DNA from: Clostridia bacterium
GTDB taxonomy: Bacteria > Bacillota > Clostridia > UMGS1840
Direction of reading: 5' to 3'
Assembly (NCBI GenBank): GCA_017625695.1
Contig: JAGAKI010000043.1
Coordinates: 7,378 to 71,377 of the forward strand
Length of the DNA: 64,000 nt
Shown here piece by piece: positions 20,228-27,515 of this stretch. Every line of letters starts with the position of its first letter. The stretch's first letter is position 1. Both the position numbers and the translations under genes were made by a program. Below the pieces are notes generated by a model. It made no database searches. It was not told where the DNA came from and was given only the letters and a program-made list of their open reading frames with translations.

Positions 20228-20263
20228 CCGCAAGGAAAACATCAGATTTTCCTTGCGGTTTCT
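20228..20263. terminator. Bidirectional rho-independent terminator (end of the serpin operon and of the + strand regulator unit)
   Basis: CCGCAAGGAAAA-catcaga-TTTTCCTTGCGG, flanked by an A-run upstream and a T-rich tract downstream. Confidence 0.7.
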
Positions 20264-20298
20264 TATCTTTTTACTTCCTTTTTCACACTCTCACATTC

Positions 20299-22038
20299 TT
20301 ATTCTGCAAATGCATATTCTCCCAGAAAAAGAATTTCACCATTTGCATCATCACGGATTACATAAGTAAACGGCGTATCAAACTTCACAACAATAGGTTG
20401 TGGCGGAACAGAAGTAGCACCACCGACCAACATCGTTACAGCGGCAGCTTCGGTGCCTTTTTCATCAACATTGATATAGGTTTTATGCACGGCATCCATC
20501 AGATACATATCTCCGCTGTCAAACATTGCAGTAAAGTCCGCTTTTCCCTCATAAAAAGCATCTACAACGCCTAAACGATTCATAATACTACATAATGACG
20601 TATCAAACTCGCTTTCAAATTTCGGAACACTGAGCTTGATTCTTTTGTTTGTAAGACTGCGGTTTTCAATCAGCTTGATCAGAGTGTCCTCGCTATATTC
20701 GCCACGGATCAAATACATGGAAATATCAAAATCATACGAATGCATTTCTTGTACTGTTTCATCGTAGACTCTGTTTTTATAAGGAAGAGCCAGAACCTCA
20801 ATGACATCATCATAATAATAGCCGTAGTATGCAGTTTCATTCATAAAGTCTGTTTGCTTTTCATTGCCGTTTCTGTCAGTAAAGATATCCTTCTTTGTTG
20901 CATCTTCATCAAACTCATTCTGCCACGCTGCCTTAAAGTATACCGCATTTAACAACGCCATAATAAACTGATCATTATGTGCCATGTCTTCACTCATAAT
21001 ACAGTCAATTTTACCGTTTGTTTTCTCTGTAACCCAACGATTGATTTCACCGGCAATCACATCTTCTGTGGAACGGTTCACTTCCGCATCATAATAAGTT
21101 TTTATGATATCCTGATATTGCTTTGAAAAAGTTTGGGTAGTATGACTTTCATTGAGCCATAGTGCATTTGCAATGTTAAGTTTTAAAACATCGGCTTTCT
21201 GATAGCCTTCTATCAGTTTTTTAGCATATCGGTTATATTCTTCTAAATCGCTGATTTCCAATGCATCTAAAATTTCTGCTTTGGTAGTTCCAACAGCACC
21301 GTTTGCCGCCATAGCAAACGCCATTTTAATCGATAAGGGAGAGAACATATAGTTTTTATCTGTCGGCATTTGTGCTTTTAATCTGTCAGAGAAAGATGCA
21401 GCATCAGATTTACTTACACCGGAGCTTGCATATACTCTTACAAGCGTTACAACAGCCTGTTCGGTGGTGTAGTAATCCTTGGGAGCAAACTTGTTGTTTC
21501 CGATTCCCTTCATAATTCCTAAATTGCAGATTCTCTGAACTGCACTCATCGCCCAATCGGAAATCTGTACACCATCTGCAAACTCAAAATACAATTCGGT
21601 ACTTGCCAAATCGGGATGCACCACTAAAATCAGACGATTGAGAATGGTTGCCGCTTCCTCACGGGTCAGTAAATCATCGGGAGCAAACTCTGTTTCAGAT
21701 TTTCCGTTGATAATGCCCATCGTGCTTAACACCCGGATTTTCGGATTGTCCGTATCCCAAAAGGCAATATGTCCGTCATCCACCGTCAAATCTCCGAATT
21801 CTGAAATATAGTTATATACCAGTTCACAAAATACTTCTCTGGTGATTGCACCGGGGAAATTATAATTTCCCTGCAGGATATTTAATGCCTTTGCTTTGTC
21901 AATATCTGCCCATGCCCATTCGCTTGGCGGATTAGAAGTTGCAGAGAGCTGTTCCGAATCAGCATCATCTGAAGCAACCATAATAGATGTCATAAACAAC
22001 AATATAACGGATAAAATGATGGATACGTATCGTTTCAT
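20299..22038 (-). CDS. Secreted serpin (serine protease inhibitor family) with three N-terminal SLH-like cell-wall-anchoring repeats
   Basis: Signal peptide MKRYVSIILSVILLFMTSIMVA. Three repeats carry the SLH signature (...GIINGKSETEFAPDDLLTREEAATILNRL; ...GIMKGIGNNKFAPKDYYTTEQAVVTLVRV). The serpin core runs from FSPLSIKMAFAMAANGA to the hinge/RCL EKGTEAAAVTMLVGGATSVPP and the C-terminal FDTPFTYVIRD. RBS AAGGAGG. Confidence 0.85.
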   Translation of the reverse strand: MKRYVSIILSVILLFMTSIMVASDDADSEQLSATSNPPSEWAWADIDKAKALNILQGNYNFPGAITREVFCELVYNYISEFGDLTVDDGHIAFWDTDNPKIRVLSTMGIINGKSETEFAPDDLLTREEAATILNRLILVVHPDLASTELYFEFADGVQISDWAMSAVQRICNLGIMKGIGNNKFAPKDYYTTEQAVVTLVRVYASSGVSKSDAASFSDRLKAQMPTDKNYMFSPLSIKMAFAMAANGAVGTTKAEILDALEISDLEEYNRYAKKLIEGYQKADVLKLNIANALWLNESHTTQTFSKQYQDIIKTYYDAEVNRSTEDVIAGEINRWVTEKTNGKIDCIMSEDMAHNDQFIMALLNAVYFKAAWQNEFDEDATKKDIFTDRNGNEKQTDFMNETAYYGYYYDDVIEVLALPYKNRVYDETVQEMHSYDFDISMYLIRGEYSEDTLIKLIENRSLTNKRIKLSVPKFESEFDTSLCSIMNRLGVVDAFYEGKADFTAMFDSGDMYLMDAVHKTYINVDEKGTEAAAVTMLVGGATSVPPQPIVVKFDTPFTYVIRDDANGEILFLGEYAFAE

Positions 22039-22050
22039 GGCGTAACCTCC

Positions 22051-22569
22051 TTACTCTGTTAACCGAAATGTTCCTGCTATATTTGCCAGTTCTGTTTGCA
22101 GGACCTCTTTTGTATGTTTCGGATATTCCCAGGATATGATATAAACGGTTTTGTCTGACTGATGCAGATAAAACCACAAGATATCTCCATCTATTTGTGT
22201 TCCGCAAATTGAGTCTCCTGTCATATCCTCAAAGATGTAGTCTTCGTTCTCTCGTAAAAATCGGCTTCTTGCTGTAATTTCATCTGTATTCTGATAAGTG
22301 TATACTTTGATTTTAACATCATCTTTCTTGATAGATTCCCAAGATTCCTCCAAAGCACCGTCGTCGTAATCTTTTTCATAATGGTAGTTCTCAGAAGGAA
22401 TACTCAGTTCATACCCGTCTCCCCGATGCAGAGTATCTTCACCGTCCACCGTAGTATATACGGTATCGTTCTTTACTTTTGGAAGATAACGGTTCTTCGG
22501 CTGAATCTCGCTACATCCGGAAACTGTCAACAGACTTCCTATCAATACCAACAGAACAATTTTTTTCAT
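22051..22569 (-). CDS. Hypothetical lipoprotein (172 aa), co-transcribed upstream of the serpin
   Basis: Lipobox LLTVSG-C after a hydrophobic signal peptide, RBS AAGGAGG, and a 12-nt gap to the serpin start. I recognise no family. Confidence 0.7.
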   Translation of the reverse strand: MKKIVLLVLIGSLLTVSGCSEIQPKNRYLPKVKNDTVYTTVDGEDTLHRGDGYELSIPSENYHYEKDYDDGALEESWESIKKDDVKIKVYTYQNTDEITARSRFLRENEDYIFEDMTGDSICGTQIDGDILWFYLHQSDKTVYIISWEYPKHTKEVLQTELANIAGTFRLTE

Positions 22570-22637
22570 TATTTTTCCTCCTTAACTGACTTTTACTGCG
22601 GTATATGTCATGGATAGCAACTTCTTTTTTAGTAATA

Positions 22638-22666
22638 TAGACGCACTGGAAGAGGAAAATGTTCCC
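22638..22666 (-). promoter_or_regulatory. Candidate ECF-sigma-type promoter for the lipoprotein-serpin operon
   Basis: The minus strand reads GGGAAC (22666-22661), a 17-nt spacer, then CGTCTA (22643-22638). This matches the GAAC...CGTC pattern of ECF promoters. No TTGACA/TATAAT-type promoter is visible in this 115-nt upstream region. Confidence 0.3.
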
Positions 22667-22683
22667 AATGTTTTTCACCATAT

Positions 22684-22715
22684 AAAAAAGCTGAATCCAA
22701 CGATTCAGCTTTTTT
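22684..22715. terminator. Bidirectional rho-independent terminator (ends the ldh transcript and insulates the serpin islet)
   Basis: AAAAAAGCTGAATC-caac-GATTCAGCTTTTTT. Confidence 0.7.
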
Positions 22716-22869
22716 AATATGTTACCATTATCTAAGGCGATGAGAAAATTGAATGAAAATGGAGAAACCGAATCAAAGCCCTGCTTTGACTTTGCCCGAA
22801 GGCGTATATTGTATACACCGAGTGGCGAGGTTCATCCATTTGAAACGATTTTATCGAGCCGTAACAGAA

Positions 22870-23817
22870 TTAGTCTAAAAATTCTTTGGTAATGTTATAT
22901 ACATTTTCCACGGATTTCTTCATCAGTTCTTCTTCTTCCGGAGAAAGAACTACGGGAACATCCAGCTCTACACCTTCGTTGCTTACGATTCTGGGCATAC
23001 TTACAGCAACATTTTTGAAGCCGTAGAGTTCTTCTTTGCTGATACTTACGGGTAACACTCTGTCTTTACCGTTTAAGATCGCATCCGTGATATCACTTAC
23101 AGAGCTTGCAACACCGAAGTAGGTAGCACCTTTGTTTTTAATGATTTCTGCACCGCCCAGTTTCACGTCTTCTTTAATCTGTGCTTTTTCTTCTTCGGTT
23201 AAAGGATGACCGTGAATGGTGTTTAAGTTAACGATAGGTTCGCCGGCGATGGTAGCATGACTCCAGTAGGGGAACTGAGTTTCACCGTGTTCACCAATCA
23301 TCATAGCGTGGATATTCTTAACGTTCATATCAAACAAATCATACAGTTTCTGCTGCAGACGGATGGTATCCAGGTAAGTACCGGAACCAATAACCTTACC
23401 TGCAGGAAGACCGGTCCATTTCTGAACTAAGGTGGTCAATACATCCACAGGATTGGATACGATTACAAAAATACCACCGTTGTAGTATTTCATAATATCA
23501 GAAACAATATTTTTCATAATGGAAACGTTTTTGCAAGCCAAATCCATTCTGGTTTCGCCGGGTTTTCTGTTAACACCGGCGGTGATGATGATTATATCGC
23601 TGTCTTTTACTTCAGAATAGTCGCCTGCGGTAATTTTCATAGAACCGAATACAGGACATGCATGGGAAATATCCAACGCTTCACCGTATGCTTTTTCTTT
23701 GTTAACATCAATTAACACCATTTCGTGTGCAAGGTTTCTTGCTGCGATGGTATAAGCAATGGAAGCTCCTACAAAACCTGCTCCTACGATTGTAACTTTT
23801 TTCTTGGAAGTACTCAT
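22870..23817 (-). CDS. ldh: L-lactate dehydrogenase
   Basis: VTIVGAGFVGASIAY Rossmann motif, VNRKPGETRMDL, and the GEHGETQFPYWSH catalytic His loop. 315 aa. Confidence 0.92.
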   Translation of the reverse strand: MSTSKKKVTIVGAGFVGASIAYTIAARNLAHEMVLIDVNKEKAYGEALDISHACPVFGSMKITAGDYSEVKDSDIIIITAGVNRKPGETRMDLACKNVSIMKNIVSDIMKYYNGGIFVIVSNPVDVLTTLVQKWTGLPAGKVIGSGTYLDTIRLQQKLYDLFDMNVKNIHAMMIGEHGETQFPYWSHATIAGEPIVNLNTIHGHPLTEEEKAQIKEDVKLGGAEIIKNKGATYFGVASSVSDITDAILNGKDRVLPVSISKEELYGFKNVAVSMPRIVSNEGVELDVPVVLSPEEEELMKKSVENVYNITKEFLD

Positions 23818-23886
23818 ATTATAACCTCTTTTCGCTCATAATGCTGGATGAATTGAAATCCTAACCCATTTTATTACACTACTCAC

Positions 23887-23915
23887 ATTCTACCAAAAAA
23901 AAATATTTTTGTCAA
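23887..23915 (-). promoter_or_regulatory. Sigma-A promoter of ldh
   Basis: The minus strand reads TTGACA (23915-23910), a 17-nt spacer, then TAGAAT (23892-23887) preceded by TGg (extended -10). Confidence 0.5.
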
Positions 23916-24005
23916 TGGCTTTTTCGTTTTTTATGCAGATTTCTTCTTTTTTTCCAGAAACTTTCATATAGTGAAGTATCATTCCCACTACAGGAGGAAA
24001 ACACA

Positions 24006-24617
24006 TTGTTTCAATTTGGCAAATTAAGAAATCATTTCACCCGGCAAAAATTTTGTTATTTGTTGATTCTCATTCTATTCATTTTTGGATTTTTCATTGG
24101 CGGTTTTTATGCCAATTTATCTCAACCCCAAGACTTTTCGGAAGCACTTTCCACAGCGGAACAGTTTATTTCATCATCCAAAAACGCTAATTTAAACTTC
24201 AAACTGCTGTTTTCGGAAGAAATCACCCCCTACCTTCTGATTCTCTTGTCCTCTTTATGCATATTCGGACTCCCCATCATGGTTTTTTTTATATTTAAAA
24301 CGGGATTTTCCTCCGGATTTTTTCTCGCCTTTTTAATTAAGGGTTTCGGTCTGAAAGGGTTCTTTTTAGGTGGACTGTTTTTGTTTGTACAAGTTCTGTT
24401 TCTGCTCCCTGCACTGCTGATTATCAGCGCCAGGTGTTGGTATACCCATCAGTTTTTGCTTTGTGCAATTACCCATCGGCTTTCCCCAAAACAAAGTTTA
24501 AAAAACGAACTTTTGCTTCTTAGTGCAAGTTTTCTGTTGGGGTGTATTCTGGTGCTTTTGGGTGTCACCATCAAAGCATTTTTGTTGCCTCACATCTGCA
24601 ATTACCTTTTTCTGTAG
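24006..24617 (+). CDS. spoIIM: Stage II sporulation protein M-like membrane protein
   Basis: TTG start 8 nt after AGGAGG. About 200 aa with 5 TM segments and the SpoIIM-like core LILLSSLCIFGLPIMVFFIFKTGFSSGFFLAFLIKGFGLKG...LLPALLIIS. Confidence 0.6.
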   Translation: MFQFGKLRNHFTRQKFCYLLILILFIFGFFIGGFYANLSQPQDFSEALSTAEQFISSSKNANLNFKLLFSEEITPYLLILLSSLCIFGLPIMVFFIFKTGFSSGFFLAFLIKGFGLKGFFLGGLFLFVQVLFLLPALLIISARCWYTHQFLLCAITHRLSPKQSLKNELLLLSASFLLGCILVLLGVTIKAFLLPHICNYLFL

Positions 24618-24642
24618 CAAACGAATTTCTCCGCCAAAAGAA

Positions 24643-24671
24643 TTGACAAACTGCTCCCCAACGTATATAAT
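24643..24671 (+). promoter_or_regulatory. Consensus sigma-A promoter for nif3-yfcE
   Basis: TTGACA (24643-24648), a 17-nt spacer, then TATAAT (24666-24671). Confidence 0.55.
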
Positions 24672-24707
24672 AAAGACACAAATCCTACAAAAAGGAAGTA
24701 TGTGTCT

Positions 24708-25460
24708 ATGTTACTGAAAGAAATTATAGAACAATTAGAAGCCTTCTCCCCGCCTCACCTGGCAGAAAGCTGGGACAACGTGGGTCTGATGTTGGGGCAT
24801 CCCATGTGGAACATTCAAAAATGTTATGTGGCACTGGACATCACCGATGCTGTCATTGAGTTTGCCATCCAGCAGAAATGCCAGCTGATTGTCACCCATC
24901 ATCCGTTTCTGATGAGCGGACTGAAGTCTATCAATTTAGAAGATCCAAAGTGTCGTCAAATCGCTACGTTACTAAACCACAACATTGCAGTTTATTCTAT
25001 GCACACCAATTTTGACAGTTGTCAGCAGGGTGTGAATGACCACCTTTGCGAACTGTTAAAACTGCGGGACTACCATACGGACGAGCCTTCTATTTTCCGA
25101 AAAGGCTTCTATCAGGAGTCCATTACCTTACGGGAATTTATCTCCCGCGTGAAAGATGTTTTGGGCGTTTCCTATGTAAATTATACCGGTGATTTAAACC
25201 GACAAATTCAATCGGTTGCTGTTGTTGGCGGAAGCGGCGGAAGCATGGTGGCAGAAATGGCAGATTGTGATGTATATCTGACAGGGGAAGCCAAATATCA
25301 CGAATATCAACTGGCAGAAACCATAAATCTTTGCATGGTAACTGCCGGTCATTTTGAAACCGAAGCTCCGGCACTTGATACCATTCGCTCTCTCCTGAGA
25401 GATCTGTCCCTGGAAGTAGTGACCGGTGAACAGTACCTAGGTTTTTACCAAACGGTATAA
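24708..25460 (+). CDS. Nif3-like dinuclear metal centre protein (YqfO/GTP cyclohydrolase 1 type 2 homolog)
   Basis: AESWDNVGLMLG, LIVTHHP, YSMHTNFD and TAGHFETE motifs. The ATG at 24708 lies 9 nt after AAAGGAAG. Confidence 0.85.
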   Translation: MLLKEIIEQLEAFSPPHLAESWDNVGLMLGHPMWNIQKCYVALDITDAVIEFAIQQKCQLIVTHHPFLMSGLKSINLEDPKCRQIATLLNHNIAVYSMHTNFDSCQQGVNDHLCELLKLRDYHTDEPSIFRKGFYQESITLREFISRVKDVLGVSYVNYTGDLNRQIQSVAVVGGSGGSMVAEMADCDVYLTGEAKYHEYQLAETINLCMVTAGHFETEAPALDTIRSLLRDLSLEVVTGEQYLGFYQTV

Positions 25461-25479
25461 CGAAAGAAAGGAATCCACT

Positions 25480-25968
25480 ATGACACGCATTTTAGTATTT
25501 TCCGACAGTCACGGAGAAACCAATCGGATGATAAAAACCATCCAAAATCTGCCCTCTGTGGACGGAATCATTCATTTGGGAGACTTAAACCGGGATATTA
25601 CGGAATTAGAAGACAACTTTTTTGAGATTCCCATCTACGGTGTCCAGGGCAACAATGACCACACCGGTTTGTATCCTAACGAAAAGATACTCACCATAGA
25701 TGGAAAGAAAATTTTTATTACACACGGGCATTACTACCTTTTTGGACTTGACCCGGAACCGTTGAAAACAGTTCCTTCAACGGAAGGGGCTGAACTGATT
25801 CTTTACGGACATACTCACATTGCCTATACCGAAAAATATGACGGAAAAATACTTGCCAATCCGGGCAGTATCTCCCGTCCCCGAACAGGAGCTCCCTCCT
25901 ACGGAGTCATTGAAATTGAAGATGGAATTCTGCGGTATTGCAATATTTTAATACCGGAAATTTTCTAA
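25480..25968 (+). CDS. YfcE/MJ0936 family metallophosphoesterase
   Basis: ILVFSDSHGE, HLGD, GNND, THGH and YGHTH motifs. 162 aa. Confidence 0.85.
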   Translation: MTRILVFSDSHGETNRMIKTIQNLPSVDGIIHLGDLNRDITELEDNFFEIPIYGVQGNNDHTGLYPNEKILTIDGKKIFITHGHYYLFGLDPEPLKTVPSTEGAELILYGHTHIAYTEKYDGKILANPGSISRPRTGAPSYGVIEIEDGILRYCNILIPEIF

Positions 25969-25985
25969 TCTTACCAACGAAAAAA

Positions 25986-26017
25986 CAGAGTATCTGAAGT
26001 TCAGATACTCTGTTTTT
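25986..26017. terminator. Bidirectional rho-independent terminator between convergent yfcE and the oxidoreductase gene
   Basis: CAGAGTATCTGAA-gt-TTCAGATACTCTG, flanked by an A-run and a T-run. Confidence 0.75.
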
Positions 26018-26030
26018 ATGTAACAAAAGA

Positions 26031-27311
26031 TTAGCTTTCAAACCCTAATTCTTTTTTGAATTCATCTAAATTTACAATTCTGTTTTCCAGTCTGGATTTT
26101 TCTGCTGCAAAGGAAATCAGATGATTTTCCACAGAAATACCGATAGCACTAAGTTCTTTTTCATCACAAGTTCCGGTAATGTAATCATACAGAGAATTCA
26201 TCAGACCCTGGTCGCCGCCGCCGTGACCGCCAACAATGGAGTTGGATGCCGTCGCATTTTCCAAATCAATTTTGGTTTTCTGACGGGTTCTGAAATCAAA
26301 AAATTCCAACAACATATCACCAATGGAACCGCTTAATTCCCCATCGGTACCCATCACACGGATGTAACGTCCGCCTTCGTTGAACGCACTCATATTGAAA
26401 GATGCCACAGCACCGTTTTCAAATTCCAGGTTTACCACCTGATGGTCCACCACATCATTATCACATTTGTAAACACATTTTCCGTACTGAGTGGTTTTTA
26501 ACGCTTCTGCCACTTCTTCATTGGTTGGGGTTTCTTTCTTGGTGGCAGCATTACGGAACCAGGTGTTCTTTTCGTCTTCTAAGTACAGTTTTACTGCGTT
26601 GTAATAACAGGTGTCATATACAGGGCAGGTTTTATCGCAACGTTCGGGAGATCCTTCCGGAGCATTTTCCAACGTAAAATGAGACAAAGAACCAAAAGAA
26701 TGAACGTTTTTACAGGGAGAACCAACCAACCACTGAATAATATCCATATCGTGACAGCACTTCTGCAAAATCATGCACGAACTTCTGCCGGAATTGCCCC
26801 AGTTGCCTCTGACAAAGCTGTGACTCTGATGTACATGTCCCACACATTCGGTATGGTGAACAGAAAGCACAGTTCCGATTTTCCCTTCGTTAATCATTTC
26901 TTTGATTTTCATAAAGAAGGGTGCATAACGAAGCACGTGACAAACCAGAATTTTGGTACCTTTTGCTTTTGCGGCATTTGCCATTGCCACACATTCTTTA
27001 TAATCAGAAGATACCGGTTTTTCCAAGAGAATGTCATAACCTAATTCAATGGCTTTCATACAGGGAGCATAATGCAACTGGTCCATAGTTGCAATGATAG
27101 CGATATCTGCAAATTTGGGTACTGCCAAAATATCTTCCCAGGTTTCATAGCACTGCTCATCCGTCAAACCGTAGGTTTCTTTTACAAACTGTCTTAATTC
27201 CGGAACCGGATCTGCAACCCCTACCACCTGAAATTTATCCTTAGGCATTCTGCTGATATAAATTCTGCCACGGTCGCCGGCACCGATTAAAACCACTTTT
27301 AACTTTTCCAT
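26031..27311 (-). CDS. Gfo/Idh/MocA family NAD(P)-dependent oxidoreductase
   Basis: MEKLKVVLIGAGDRGRIY Rossmann N-terminus and an EKP motif (LLEKPVS). The ATG at 27311 lies 5 nt after AAAGGAGA. The 51-codon upstream extension in the ORF track runs through the promoter. Confidence 0.85.
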   Translation of the reverse strand: MEKLKVVLIGAGDRGRIYISRMPKDKFQVVGVADPVPELRQFVKETYGLTDEQCYETWEDILAVPKFADIAIIATMDQLHYAPCMKAIELGYDILLEKPVSSDYKECVAMANAAKAKGTKILVCHVLRYAPFFMKIKEMINEGKIGTVLSVHHTECVGHVHQSHSFVRGNWGNSGRSSCMILQKCCHDMDIIQWLVGSPCKNVHSFGSLSHFTLENAPEGSPERCDKTCPVYDTCYYNAVKLYLEDEKNTWFRNAATKKETPTNEEVAEALKTTQYGKCVYKCDNDVVDHQVVNLEFENGAVASFNMSAFNEGGRYIRVMGTDGELSGSIGDMLLEFFDFRTRQKTKIDLENATASNSIVGGHGGGDQGLMNSLYDYITGTCDEKELSAIGISVENHLISFAAEKSRLENRIVNLDEFKKELGFES

Positions 27312-27350
27312 AATTATCTCCTTTGATGTCAAATATTTTAAGCTATTTTC

Positions 27351-27379
27351 AGTATAGCACACATCTCCCCATATGTAAA
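27351..27379 (-). promoter_or_regulatory. Sigma-A promoter of the oxidoreductase gene
   Basis: The minus strand reads TTTACA (27379-27374), a 17-nt spacer, then TATACT (27356-27351) preceded by TGc. Confidence 0.5.
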
Positions 27380-27453
27380 TAACAAAAAACAACATTTTTA
27401 CATTTTTTTCAATTTGTTTCTGTAGAAAATGAGAAAAAGAAAACATTTCCCTC

Positions 27454-27482
27454 TTGCATTGAGACAAAAAAAGTGTTATAAT
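27454..27482 (+). promoter_or_regulatory. Sigma-A promoter of the LtaS-family gene
   Basis: TTGCAT (27454-27459), a 17-nt spacer, then TATAAT (27477-27482) preceded by TGt (extended -10). It lies inside the 5' end of the maximal ORF. Confidence 0.5.
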
Positions 27483-27515
27483 GACAATATTCCTAAAAAT
27501 CTTAAAAGATTCGAG

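Noticed and set aside
22740-22889. 49-codon + strand ORF (MRKLNENGETESKPCFDFARRRILYTPSGEVHPFETILSSRNRISLKILW) in the ldh 3' region
   Set aside because: The only purine-rich stretch (TAAGG) ends 3 nt from the ATG. The ORF runs antisense into the ldh coding end. Its composition is not protein-like and I see no recognisable motif. It is more likely non-coding.
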